IMG/VR virus record: IMGVR_UViG_3300027801_002518
Location: 1-52,188 of that record
Reading direction: 5' to 3' (one strand)
Origin: a virus
Lineage: Duplodnaviria > Caudoviricetes
DNA length: 52,188 nt
Made by a program: the position numbers and the translations under genes. Positions 8,763 through 18,094 of this stretch are shown here, in pieces; within the stretch, counting starts at the first letter, position 1; every line of letters begins with the position of its first letter. The notes under the pieces were generated by a model. It did not search any database. It saw only the letters and a list, made by a program, of their open reading frames with translations, and was not told the origin of the DNA.

Positions 8763-9373
8763 AAATTTTAATAATAGGTATTGGTAGAAGCGGAACTACC
8801 TCTTTATTAAATGGTATCGCCAACCAAGGATATATTAAAATTTATGAACCATATCTTCACCTAAATCACAATAAAAAATTTACACTATCTGATGATAATG
8901 TTGTACTAAAAACAATTTTTGGACAACTTCCTAAAAATTACAAAAAAGAATGGAAGGAATTTATTAAAGAATTAATTCCAAAATTTGATAAAATCATTTG
9001 GCTTGATAGAAAAAATATGACTGAACATTGTGAAAGTTTTATTAATATGCATTATAGAGACTCACTTCAGCCACCTAGTTTTAAAGAAATGTTTAAAAAA
9101 TGGAAAATGGAGGAAATCCCTAAATCATTTAATACTGACACTTATAATAAAAAAATTTACAAGGACTTAGAAAGCGAAAAGAAATCTTTTAAAGAGCTTG
9201 TAGATGAATTAAATTATAAAATCACTTGGTACGAAGATTTGTATGGCAAAGATAGAATATGTTCCCTTGAAACAATAAATAAGTGGAACTTGGAATTAAA
9301 TCCATTTGATTTAAATGAGTATTTAAACCCAAAAAACAAGTATAGACAATATACTAAAAGTTCTTTAATATAG
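8759..9373 (+). CDS. sulfotransferase (P-loop, Stf0/NodH-like)
   Basis: IIGIGRSGTTSL PAPS-binding loop, YEP, WLDRKN, WYEDL. Confidence 0.8.
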   Translation: MKILIIGIGRSGTTSLLNGIANQGYIKIYEPYLHLNHNKKFTLSDDNVVLKTIFGQLPKNYKKEWKEFIKELIPKFDKIIWLDRKNMTEHCESFINMHYRDSLQPPSFKEMFKKWKMEEIPKSFNTDTYNKKIYKDLESEKKSFKELVDELNYKITWYEDLYGKDRICSLETINKWNLELNPFDLNEYLNPKNKYRQYTKSSLI

Positions 9374-9381
9374 TATTTATA
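9374..9381 (+). promoter_or_regulatory. putative phage late promoter TATTTATA
   Basis: Octamer upstream of 9402. Confidence 0.5.
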
Positions 9382-9401
9382 TAGTATAAAGATGTTATTA
9401 A

Positions 9402-9926
9402 ATGCATATAAAAAAAATAGTTGAATTAAAGTTGTTTCGTAAAGATATGTCCCCTATCGAATCCGATAGTAGGTACACTAACTCCTTTATTACACTCTCA
9501 AATTTTCAAGAAAACATTTTTAAATTACAAAAAGTAATTGATTTTTTACATCAAGATTTGGTATGGGATGGTATTCCAACAATTGATGAGGTAAAAGAAA
9601 GATTAGTATTTGGTTCTGTTTGTATGTTGTGGGAATTTGAAAACAAAGTAGTTGGATGGTCTTGGTTAAATAACGATTGTATAACCATTGATTGGAAATC
9701 AAAGCACAGTTCATTAAAAGAAAAAACAGAACAATATGGAGGAGGGGCATTTTTATCTAAGTTAAATAAAGCAGAAACAACATCAGGATATAAATTTTAT
9801 AGATACGGTATAGAAAATATGTTTCGATATTTTGATAAAGAAATATTATATCTGTATGCTGATGATTGGAATAGAGTATCATCGATATTATGTTATAAAG
9901 TAGGATTTAAAAAATATAATTTTTAA
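9402..9926 (+). CDS. GNAT-like acetyltransferase
   Basis: VVGWSW strand and C-terminal LYADDWNRVSSILCYKVGFK (GNAT motif B, N..S...Y.K.GF). Confidence 0.65.
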   Translation: MHIKKIVELKLFRKDMSPIESDSRYTNSFITLSNFQENIFKLQKVIDFLHQDLVWDGIPTIDEVKERLVFGSVCMLWEFENKVVGWSWLNNDCITIDWKSKHSSLKEKTEQYGGGAFLSKLNKAETTSGYKFYRYGIENMFRYFDKEILYLYADDWNRVSSILCYKVGFKKYNF

Positions 9927-9936
9927 CAAACTAAAA

Positions 9937-10605
9937 ATGGCAAAAATCAAGAACATTACAAAGAACCCACCAAAGGGTAAGATTAAATTTGAAATTACAT
10001 TATCAGAAGAACAAAAAGAAGCTAAATCAAATATTTTAAATCATCCATATAATTTCATTATGGGTAAAGCAGGTAGTGGTAAAACATTATTAGCAGTTCA
10101 AGTTGCATTAGATATGTTCTTTACAAGACAAGTAAATAAAATTGTTATAACAAGACCAACAGTATCTAATGAAGATAATGGATATTTACCAGGTTCTTTA
10201 AATGAAAAGATGGAGCCATGGTTAGTTCCAATTCGTTCTAATATGAGAAAGGTTTATAACAAACCAGCTATATTGGAAAAGATGGAGAACGATGAGAACA
10301 TTGAATTAGTATCACTATCACACTTTAGAGGAAGAACATTTGAAAACGCTTGTGTCATTATAGATGAGTTTCAAAATCTAACCAAACAACAACTTAGTAT
10401 GGTATTGGGTAGATTAGGTAAAGGTTCTACAATGATACTTACAGGTGACCCACAACAGATTGATTTGAAATTTGCAAATGATTCTGCAATACATGAAGTA
10501 CCTAAACTAAAACCATCACAATATGTGTATCAAATATCACTTTTAGATAATCACAGACATGAAGCTCTGAATGAGTTGCTTAAACTATTACATGAATATT
10601 CATAA
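9937..10605 (+). CDS. phoH: PhoH-family ATPase
   Basis: GKAGSGKT, TRP, GYLPG, RGRTF, IIDEFQN, TGDPQQID. Confidence 0.95.
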   Translation: MAKIKNITKNPPKGKIKFEITLSEEQKEAKSNILNHPYNFIMGKAGSGKTLLAVQVALDMFFTRQVNKIVITRPTVSNEDNGYLPGSLNEKMEPWLVPIRSNMRKVYNKPAILEKMENDENIELVSLSHFRGRTFENACVIIDEFQNLTKQQLSMVLGRLGKGSTMILTGDPQQIDLKFANDSAIHEVPKLKPSQYVYQISLLDNHRHEALNELLKLLHEYS

Positions 10606-10643
10606 TTAAGATTTCCTTTATGGTTGCTACCTTAGAGGTGTAC

Positions 10644-10683
10644 TCCCTACTTTTGATTAATTTCATTAGTAGGGATTTTTTTT
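10644..10683 (+). terminator. intrinsic terminator
   Basis: TCCCTAC...GTAGGGA stem followed by T8. Confidence 0.7.
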
Positions 10684-10702
10684 AAAAATAAATAAGAAAT
10701 AG

Positions 10703-10735
10703 CTTGTGTAATTCAATAATATTTCGTATATTACA
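10703..10735 (+). promoter_or_regulatory. Bacteroidetes-type sigma70 promoter (early/middle)
   Basis: CTTG...TTTCGTATATTA; same spacing as six other copies. Confidence 0.65.
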
Positions 10736-10776
10736 TATGTAATAAGAGAGATAATTAAACCTTAAAAACAATTAAA

Positions 10777-10974
10777 ATGAACATAATTAAAGAGATTAAA
10801 GAATTTACTAAGTATTGTAATGAATTTTACAACCTTAAGGGTGGTGTTTACCCGATAGCTACCAAAGAAGAAATAGATTGGGCAATACGAAAATTCCTTT
10901 TACAACCAAACATTATTCCAGTTGATTTTGATTCTCATGATAGAGAACAAGTTAGACAAATAATTGGTAAATAA
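10777..10974 (+). CDS. hypothetical protein
   Basis: 65-aa ORF behind a host-type promoter with A-rich leader. Confidence 0.75.
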   Translation: MNIIKEIKEFTKYCNEFYNLKGGVYPIATKEEIDWAIRKFLLQPNIIPVDFDSHDREQVRQIIGK

Positions 10975-10985
10975 TTGATAAAAAG

Positions 10986-11018
10986 TTTGGTAAGTCCAAA
11001 TAAATTTCGTATATTTAC
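10986..11018 (+). promoter_or_regulatory. Bacteroidetes-type sigma70 promoter
   Basis: TTTGG...TTTCGTATATTTAC. Confidence 0.7.
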
Positions 11019-11061
11019 TATGTAATATGACTGAGAGTAATAACTTATAAAAACAACAAAT

Positions 11062-11544
11062 TTGAAAAAACAAATAGTTTACATTGATATGGATGGAGTA
11101 ATAGTTGATTTTGGAAAAGCAATCCAAGATTGGTTCGATACTCATCCACATTTGGAAGAAAGATATAAAACATTCCCTGACCACATCCAAGGATTATTCA
11201 GAACCGCTCCACCAATACAGGGAGCAATTGAAGCAGTAACGAAATTACACGAAAGTGGTAAGTATGAATTATTCATTGCATCAGCAGCTCCTTGGGGAAA
11301 TCCTCAATCAAATACCGATAAAAGATTTTGGATTGAAGATTACTTCGGAAACTTATTCCACAAGAAAATGTTTATAACCCACAGAAAAGATTTATTGATG
11401 GGAGACTATCTTATTGATGATAGATTAAAGAATGGAGCTGGTGAGTTTACTGGTAAACTATTAAGGTTCGGCCTAGATTGGGAAAATGATAACAAACCAA
11501 ATGAATATCCAACATGGAAAAGTATATTAGATTATTTATTGTAG
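11062..11544 (+). CDS. 5'(3')-deoxyribonucleotidase (HAD, NT5C family)
   Basis: YIDMDGVIVDF, K..W, GDYLIDDR; TTG start. Confidence 0.92.
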   Translation: MKKQIVYIDMDGVIVDFGKAIQDWFDTHPHLEERYKTFPDHIQGLFRTAPPIQGAIEAVTKLHESGKYELFIASAAPWGNPQSNTDKRFWIEDYFGNLFHKKMFITHRKDLLMGDYLIDDRLKNGAGEFTGKLLRFGLDWENDNKPNEYPTWKSILDYLL

Positions 11545-11930
11545 GATTATTATTGGTAGGTTGTTCCGTTGATGAATTTGATGATATAACAATAATACCA
11601 ACAATAACCTTAGATGGTAGATTACCAATGGACAGTAATGGATATTACCATTTACAATTAAATTCAAACACTAATCAAACAACACACCGTATCACAGGAA
11701 GTGTTTTAAACACCACAGAACCAACTAAAGTTACTTGGGATAGTAATCTTGTTTGGGAGCATAATGGAGAGGTTGTACCAACGATAAACAGTACATCTTA
11801 TGTAACCGAAAGTGGAGAAATTAATACAATGATTGCTCCTATATATGGTATGATAACTGATACATTAAGAGTTAAAGCAACCATTAATGAATGGAATATC
11901 ATACAAACACTTAATATAGTTTTAGAGTAA
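11514..11930 (+). CDS. putative lipoprotein with Ig-like fold
   Basis: Lipobox LLVGC followed by acidic residues; beta-rich body. Confidence 0.7.
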   Translation: MEKYIRLFIVGLLLVGCSVDEFDDITIIPTITLDGRLPMDSNGYYHLQLNSNTNQTTHRITGSVLNTTEPTKVTWDSNLVWEHNGEVVPTINSTSYVTESGEINTMIAPIYGMITDTLRVKATINEWNIIQTLNIVLE

Positions 11931-12265
11931 TGAAAGATTTAGAAATAGAATTTCCTGTTACACCAATTACAGAGGATACCTTCATACGACAAAAGTGGGA
12001 ACGTATTGAAGAAGAAGAAATAGATCCTGAATCAGATGAATCGGAAACGTTTGTTTATTGGACACTTCCTCTACCAAAGGATAATCCAGAAGATGATTGT
12101 GTTTGTTTTGTATCTTCTGCTGATGATGAGTGGGATGAGTATCCTAATTTAATTAAAGGAGAGTATGTTGTTGAACTACTTGGGTTCTTTGGAATTGGAA
12201 TATGTTGGACCGAAGAAGAATTGGAAATATTATACAAATCACTAACACATACTGATATAGAATGA
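11930..12265 (+). CDS. acidic hypothetical protein
   Basis: 111-aa ORF coupled to the previous gene (TAATG). Confidence 0.75.
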   Translation: MKDLEIEFPVTPITEDTFIRQKWERIEEEEIDPESDESETFVYWTLPLPKDNPEDDCVCFVSSADDEWDEYPNLIKGEYVVELLGFFGIGICWTEEELEILYKSLTHTDIE

Positions 12266-12345
12266 CATTTTGTCATCTTTGTCAACTTATAATATGACAA
12301 AGTGTCAGTTGATGATAGTGAAATCACCTTTGGTACGACTTTGGA
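12263..12345 (+). promoter_or_regulatory. two TGACA-N3-TGTCA palindromes plus a sigma54-like -24/-12 element upstream of hsp20
   Basis: Palindromes at 12263-12275 and 12295-12307; TGGTACG-ACTT-TGGA at 12331-12345 versus consensus TGGCACG-N4-TTGC. Confidence 0.5.
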
Positions 12346-12384
12346 ACTACTATATACAACTAATAAATTAAAAAATAGAATATT

Positions 12385-12756
12385 ATGTTTTACACAATTA
12401 ATGAAAATTTCGTAGATAATTTTTTTAAAGATATCTACACAAAAAAACCAACCAATAGATTGCATTCACAATTTGAGGGTACTGTTTTAGAGGACGGTTC
12501 ACAACAAGTTACTATTAATACTATTGGACATAATCCAAAAGATATTACAGTAGATGTTACCGAAGAAGAAATCACAGTTAAGTCTACAAAGGGAGAAAAT
12601 ACTTCTTCGTTTGTTAAGGAAATTGATTTAGTACTAACAGTTGGTACTGATTATGATGGAACTAAAACAACTGCTAAATTCGACAACGGAATATTAACTC
12701 TTGTTGTTGATAAGAAAATTAACAAAAAGGCAAAGAGCCTTAAAATTCAGTATTAA
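12385..12756 (+). CDS. small heat-shock protein (Hsp20/alpha-crystallin)
   Basis: G..PKDITVDV..., TAKFDNGILTL (A-x-x-x-n-G-v-L signature). Confidence 0.88.
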   Translation: MFYTINENFVDNFFKDIYTKKPTNRLHSQFEGTVLEDGSQQVTINTIGHNPKDITVDVTEEEITVKSTKGENTSSFVKEIDLVLTVGTDYDGTKTTAKFDNGILTLVVDKKINKKAKSLKIQY

Positions 12757-12787
12757 TGTACTTACAATAAAGGTTATAAAAACTAAT

Positions 12788-12814
12788 GGGAGGTTGAAAA
12801 ATCTCCCTTTTTTT
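12788..12814 (+). terminator. intrinsic terminator
   Basis: GGGAGGTT-GAAA-AATCTCCC followed by T7. Confidence 0.85.
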
Positions 12815-12854
12815 ATACTTTAATATTTATTACTATACAATACACTATATAATT

Positions 12855-13034
12855 ATGAAAGATGTTTACAAACAAAGAGCTGGTGATACTATCGAGGCAT
12901 TAACCACAAGAGCTAAAATAGTTAAAGAAATGGCAGAAGGACAAAGGCCAACAGACCAGAAACAGGCTATAGCATACCTACGAGATATCCACAACGGATT
13001 GGGTAAGTTACAAGAGTTAATAGACTTGGGATAG
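12855..13034 (+). CDS. small hypothetical protein (59 aa)
   Basis: MKDVYKQRAGDTIEALTTRAK...LIDLG*, downstream of a TATTTATT variant at 12824. Confidence 0.7.
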   Translation: MKDVYKQRAGDTIEALTTRAKIVKEMAEGQRPTDQKQAIAYLRDIHNGLGKLQELIDLG

Positions 13035-13039
13035 CATAA

Positions 13040-14281
13040 ATGAAATTCAGAACGGTATTATTGGGATTAACGGCCTTGTTTGTTGCTTTCAACGCGGCAT
13101 TCTTTTCGGTAAGTGGTTTATCTAAACTATTTGCAGGAGCTGCTATATCCGTAATAGTAATGGCAAGTTCATTAGAGCTCGCTAAACTAATAACCGCTAG
13201 TTATTTATACAACTATTGGGATAAAATTAATAAAGGATTTAGAATATACCTTAGTATCGGTGTTGTTATATTAATACTAATAACATCATTGGGTATCTAC
13301 GGATTCCTAACATCTGCATTTCAAGATACATTTAATCAATTTACTGTTAAAGAAAAGCAATTATCATTCTTACAACAAAAAGAAAAGTTTTGGGGTGATG
13401 ATGTTGTACGTTATGATACTGAACTAAATAGAATATCAGAAAACATATCTACACTATCTAATGCAAGAGTAAGTTCAATACAAGTAAGAGATACTGCTAC
13501 TGTAAGTGGATTTAGAAATACAATATCAACTACCGAACTTAGATTATCACAGAAACGTATTGAAGTTGAAGAAACGAATAGGAAATTGGTTCAATCTAAA
13601 AGAGAAATAGCAACAGATTCATTACAAACTATACAACTTAAAATATTAGATGTTGAATCAGCTGAGGGAGTTTCAGCTGAATTGGGCCCATTACAATATC
13701 TTAGTGGATTATTGGATAGACCTATGGATGTAATTATCAATTGGTTTATTCTTGTCATTATATTTGTATTTGACCCATTGGCAGTTGCTTTGGTAATTGC
13801 ATTTAATAATGCAATTATGGTAGATAGAGGAATTGTAGATAAAAAGAAAGTGGTTGAAAGGAGAGAATTATATGGTGAGGAACCAGATGATGATGATGAA
13901 GATGAAGAAGATAATCTATGGGGTTATGAAAAGGAACTTGATAGAGATGAGGAATTACAAATAAAAGAAGACTGGGATACGGCCGACATTTTAGATAATG
14001 AGTTGCCTAAAAAAACCGATGAACCGATTATAGATTTGGATGGAGATGGTGTTATATCAGAAGAAGAAAAAATAATACACTATGATAAAACATCATGGAG
14101 AGATTCATATAAAGGTGCACCCTACTTCATGCATCCTTGGTTTGACTGGAATAAAAGAGAAAGATGGATTAATGATAAACACGCGATTAACCACTGGTTA
14201 AACAACAAAGGTGGTAATCGTGCTGCTCTTGACGGATATAGATCCAAGTACCCAGATAACTTTGATTCAAAAACTTACTAA
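13040..14281 (+). CDS. multi-TM coiled-coil membrane protein (DUF4407-like) with an EF-hand-like loop
   Basis: Three N-terminal TM helices (FSVSGL, ELAKL, SLGIYGFL), coiled coil, fourth TM IFVFDPLAVAL, DLDGDGVISEEE. Confidence 0.75.
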   Translation: MKFRTVLLGLTALFVAFNAAFFSVSGLSKLFAGAAISVIVMASSLELAKLITASYLYNYWDKINKGFRIYLSIGVVILILITSLGIYGFLTSAFQDTFNQFTVKEKQLSFLQQKEKFWGDDVVRYDTELNRISENISTLSNARVSSIQVRDTATVSGFRNTISTTELRLSQKRIEVEETNRKLVQSKREIATDSLQTIQLKILDVESAEGVSAELGPLQYLSGLLDRPMDVIINWFILVIIFVFDPLAVALVIAFNNAIMVDRGIVDKKKVVERRELYGEEPDDDDEDEEDNLWGYEKELDRDEELQIKEDWDTADILDNELPKKTDEPIIDLDGDGVISEEEKIIHYDKTSWRDSYKGAPYFMHPWFDWNKRERWINDKHAINHWLNNKGGNRAALDGYRSKYPDNFDSKTY

Positions 14282-14285
14282 AAAA

Positions 14286-14318
14286 TTAGGTTATATCAAA
14301 TATTTTTCGTATATTTAC
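14286..14318 (+). promoter_or_regulatory. Bacteroidetes-type sigma70 promoter
   Basis: TTAGG...TTTCGTATATTTAC. Confidence 0.65.
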
Positions 14319-14346
14319 TTTATAAATAAACTATAAAATAATAAAT

Positions 14347-15258
14347 ATGAATTTAGGTTACGCATGTATCAACATGACATTAGGTTCACAGAAACCAAAA
14401 ATTACAACAAACCGAGGTATGATTAAGCGAACATTCTTAGAAAAGGGAATGGAATACGCTGGTGAACTTGGTTTACAGAATGCAAGAGATTTCTTCAAGA
14501 TACTTGAATGGAACAATCACAACAACATAAAATGCTTCAGATTATCATCTGATATGTTTCCATGGGCATCTGAATATGGAATAGAAAATTCTCCTTACTA
14601 TAAGAGAATAGAAACTGTATTACTTGCTTGTGGTAAATATGCAACTGATAATGGAATTCGTATAACTTGTCATCCTGGTCCTTTTAATGTATTAGTTTCT
14701 CCTCGTGTACACGTAGTAGAAAATACTATTAGAGATTTAGAGATACATGGTAAGATATTTGATATGATGGGATTAAGTAGAACTCCTTATAATAAAATCA
14801 ATATACATTGTAATGGTGTGTATGGTGATAAGAAATCTGCATTAGATAGATTCTGTGAGAACTTCAAAAGGTTATCAGAATCGGTGCAAACTCGTTTAAC
14901 GATAGAGAATGATGATAAAGCTAGTATGTACTCCGTTGCAGATTTAATGTACATACACGAGAGATGTGGTATTCCTATTGTATTTGATTACCACCACCAC
15001 ACTTTTAATACAGGTGGATTATCAGAACAAGAAGCATTAGAACTCGCAATGAGTACATGGCCAAATGGTATAACACCTATGGTTCATTATTCAGAATCAA
15101 AAAGATTACACGAGGGTAATGATAAAGTAAAAGAACAAGCTCATTCAGATTATATAAATGAGTTACCAAACTTATATGGTAATAATGTAGATGTGATGGT
15201 TGAAGCCAAAGCAAAAGAATTATCTATACTCCCATATATTAATTTAAATAAGATATGA
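14347..15258 (+). CDS. uvsE: UV DNA damage endonuclease UvsE/UVDE
   Basis: LGYACIN, FRLSS, HPGPF, IENDD, FDYHHH, HYSES, AHSD, EAKAKE. Confidence 0.95.
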   Translation: MNLGYACINMTLGSQKPKITTNRGMIKRTFLEKGMEYAGELGLQNARDFFKILEWNNHNNIKCFRLSSDMFPWASEYGIENSPYYKRIETVLLACGKYATDNGIRITCHPGPFNVLVSPRVHVVENTIRDLEIHGKIFDMMGLSRTPYNKINIHCNGVYGDKKSALDRFCENFKRLSESVQTRLTIENDDKASMYSVADLMYIHERCGIPIVFDYHHHTFNTGGLSEQEALELAMSTWPNGITPMVHYSESKRLHEGNDKVKEQAHSDYINELPNLYGNNVDVMVEAKAKELSILPYINLNKI

Positions 15259-15407
15259 AAGTTAAAGAAAAGAAAGTAAGACAGTACAGAAGTAATCAAG
15301 GAAGAAGTCCAAGACAACAAGAAGGGAATGAAAAAATGATGTTTGTGAGCTTTGTTGGGATGCTTGTAGTAATATTGGGTATGGTTGTGTATAGTATATT
15401 TACATAA
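15255..15407 (+). CDS. small single-pass membrane protein (50 aa)
   Basis: MKVKEKKVRQYRSNQGRSPRQQ... plus C-terminal TM; overlaps both neighbours by stop/start coupling. Confidence 0.65.
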   Translation: MKVKEKKVRQYRSNQGRSPRQQEGNEKMMFVSFVGMLVVILGMVVYSIFT

Positions 15408-15625
15408 TGGCCCAATTAAATAAACCAATCGATGTTGTGGTGGTTCACAAAGGTCCTCGGAAGAACTCTAAAATAATATTAGAAGTATATTCTGATGGAA
15501 CACGAGTTGATGATATCATTAACACACGAAAACTAAAACCACTAATACCAAAGGAAAATGAAATATTAGAGATTGGTGTTGGTATATCTTTTTTAAAAAG
15601 ATATAAAAAGAAATATAAAATTTGA
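15407..15625 (+). CDS. hypothetical protein
   Basis: 72-aa coupled ORF. Confidence 0.7.
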   Translation: MAQLNKPIDVVVVHKGPRKNSKIILEVYSDGTRVDDIINTRKLKPLIPKENEILEIGVGISFLKRYKKKYKI

Positions 15626-17001
15626 AATTAAGAGAAAATCAAATAGAACCAGTAGCAATTGGTGTGGAGTTTATGAAAACTCCTAAAATGAAACCATCGA
15701 TTATCGTTGCCCCTACGGCATTCGGTAAATCGATTGTTATTGCTGCAATTGCCAAAGAACTTGGAGAGAAGTTATTGGTTCTACAACCTTCCAAAGAATT
15801 ATTAGAACAGAACTATGATAAGTTTGTTACACTTGGTGGAACTGCATCAATTTATTCAGCATCGGCCGGTAGTAAAGAGATGGGCAGAGTTACTTATGCA
15901 ACAATTGGTTCGATAATCAATATAGCCCAAGAGTTTAAACAGATGGGAGTCACTAAAATCATCATAGATGAGTGTGATAGATATCCAAGAAACAAATCAG
16001 GACAATTGAGAAAGTTCGTTGATGGTATGAAAGCATCTCATGTACTTGGTTTAACTGCAACTCCTTTAAAGTTACAAACGAATATGGGAGATACAGGACC
16101 GTATTCTAAATTGGTAATGTTAACGAATCGTTCTAAACATGGTATGTTTTTTAAATTCATACTTCATGTTTCTCAGATTCAAGACATTGTTAAATTAAAT
16201 TATTGGTCTCCATTAGAATATCAATCATATGATTTTGATACAGGTGCACTTGTTTATAATTCAAGTGGTGCTGAATATACAAATGATTCTATTGCACGTT
16301 CTTATGAGAACCAAAACATTGGCGATAAGATTGTAAAGAAGATTGCAGAAGTACAAGATAGAAAATCAATACTTGTTGCCGTTCCTACAATAGAACAGGC
16401 AACTTTACTTGCAAAACGAATTCCAAACGCTGCCGTTGTACATGGTGGTACTCAAAAGGATGAACGAAAACGAATCATACAAGAGTTTAGAAACCAACAA
16501 ATACGAGTAATCGTACAAGTTAATGTTTTGACAGTTGGATTTGATTATCCTGAATTGGATTGTTTAATTACAGGCAGACCAACGGCATCCATATCTTGGT
16601 GGTATCAGTTTGTTGGAAGAGGAACTCGTATCCATGATAATAAGAAAAACTGTTTAGTCGTTGATTTCGTGGGTTCTAAGGAACGTTTCGGAAAAGTGGA
16701 GGAACTATACTACAAACAAGATGGAAAGGAAAATTGGGAACTCTATGGAGAAAACAAGAAACTACTTACAGGTATACCAATGCATGAAATTGGAATCCAT
16801 TTAGAAGGCGGTATTAATTTATCAGAAAAGAAAAACGAAGATGGTGATATAGAAAAAGTATATATGACCTTCGGTAAGTATAGTGGGAAACCAGTTGCAT
16901 CCGTACCACCTTATTACAGAAAGTGGTTGATAGATAATATTACTTGGGGCCCCTGGAACATTAAAATTAAAAATGAAATAGAAAGATTACATAATTTATA
17001 A
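15622..17001 (+). CDS. superfamily 2 helicase (YejH/RadD/UvsW-like) with C-terminal MxFGKY domain
   Basis: PTAFGKS, DECD, TATP, LTVGFDYP, QFVGRGTR, MTFGKYSGK; TTG start. Confidence 0.92.
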   Translation: MKLRENQIEPVAIGVEFMKTPKMKPSIIVAPTAFGKSIVIAAIAKELGEKLLVLQPSKELLEQNYDKFVTLGGTASIYSASAGSKEMGRVTYATIGSIINIAQEFKQMGVTKIIIDECDRYPRNKSGQLRKFVDGMKASHVLGLTATPLKLQTNMGDTGPYSKLVMLTNRSKHGMFFKFILHVSQIQDIVKLNYWSPLEYQSYDFDTGALVYNSSGAEYTNDSIARSYENQNIGDKIVKKIAEVQDRKSILVAVPTIEQATLLAKRIPNAAVVHGGTQKDERKRIIQEFRNQQIRVIVQVNVLTVGFDYPELDCLITGRPTASISWWYQFVGRGTRIHDNKKNCLVVDFVGSKERFGKVEELYYKQDGKENWELYGENKKLLTGIPMHEIGIHLEGGINLSEKKNEDGDIEKVYMTFGKYSGKPVASVPPYYRKWLIDNITWGPWNIKIKNEIERLHNL

Positions 17002-17002
17002 T

Positions 17003-17917
17003 ATGAATAGATTAGATAAAGAATATCAAAAAATACTTCAAGATATATTAATACTAGGAGTAGAAAAAGAAGATAGAACCGGTACTGGTACGATATCTGT
17101 TTTTGGAAGACAAATTACACACAACATGTCGGATGGGTTTCCATTACTTACTACTAAGAAAGTTGCAATCAAAACAATGATGACTGAACTTAAATGGTTT
17201 CTGAAAGGAGATACCAATATTAAATATCTTGTTGATAATGGATGTAATATATGGAACGGTGATGTTTATAAATCATATAGAACCAAAATGAAACATCATT
17301 ACAAAAATGGTGGAGATGTTGCAACTCAACACGAGTTCATAGAATTAATCAGAGAAGATGATGAATTCGCTGAAAAGTGGGGAGAATTAGGTCCTATATA
17401 TGGCAAACAATGGAGAAGTTGGCCACCAGTTGCTGGTGATATAAACAAAGGAGGAACTGACCAAATCAAAAACCTCATCAAACAATTAAAAACAAATCCA
17501 GATAGTAGAAGATTAATAGTCTCGGCATGGAATGTTGGAGAGTTGGGAAATATGATACTTCCACCTTGTCATTATGGATTTCAATGTTACGTAAACGATG
17601 GTACGTTATCTCTAATGTGGAATCAACGTTCAGTAGATACATTCTTAGGTTTACCATTTAACATAGCATCATATGGTATGTTACTAACCCTATTGGCCAA
17701 AGAGGTTGGCATGATACCTGGTGAACTTATTGGTAATTTAGGTGATACCCACTTATATTCCAACCACGTTGAACAGGCAAGAGAACAGATGGAAAGAACC
17801 TCATTTGAGTTACCAAAAATAAAAGTATCTAATTTAGATATCTTAAATGGAGAATGGGATTATGAAATTAAAGATTATGAATATCATCCAACAATAAAAG
17901 CACCACTAAGTAATTAA
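17003..17917 (+). CDS. thyA: thymidylate synthase
   Basis: DRTGTGT, FPLLTTKK, GPIYGKQWR, SRR, LPPCH, QRSVD..LGLPFN, DTHLY. Confidence 0.97.
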   Translation: MNRLDKEYQKILQDILILGVEKEDRTGTGTISVFGRQITHNMSDGFPLLTTKKVAIKTMMTELKWFLKGDTNIKYLVDNGCNIWNGDVYKSYRTKMKHHYKNGGDVATQHEFIELIREDDEFAEKWGELGPIYGKQWRSWPPVAGDINKGGTDQIKNLIKQLKTNPDSRRLIVSAWNVGELGNMILPPCHYGFQCYVNDGTLSLMWNQRSVDTFLGLPFNIASYGMLLTLLAKEVGMIPGELIGNLGDTHLYSNHVEQAREQMERTSFELPKIKVSNLDILNGEWDYEIKDYEYHPTIKAPLSN

Positions 17918-17920
17918 AAT

Positions 17921-18094
17921 ATGGAACATAGTAATTTATATGAGTTAAAAATAAAACAACTCATTGATGAAAACAAAACACTACAACTAGAACTCGATAA
18001 ACAAGAACACATTAAAGAGGGATACAGGACAGAGGTTGCAAAGTGGAACAAAAAATACAAAGATTTAAAAGAACAAATGATAAAATCAAACTAA
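17921..18094 (+). CDS. small coiled-coil protein (57 aa)
   Basis: MEHSNLYELKIKQLIDENK...; fills the thyA-metK gap exactly. Confidence 0.65.
   Translation: MEHSNLYELKIKQLIDENKTLQLELDKQEHIKEGYRTEVAKWNKKYKDLKEQMIKSN

Noticed and set aside
10604-10622. TTAAGATTTCCTTTA (and the similar TAAAGTTTTCCTTAAC at 24784) as an 11-bp-period Pho-box-like site
   Set aside because: Only two degenerate copies in very AT-rich DNA, and the first lies downstream of phoH; not supportable
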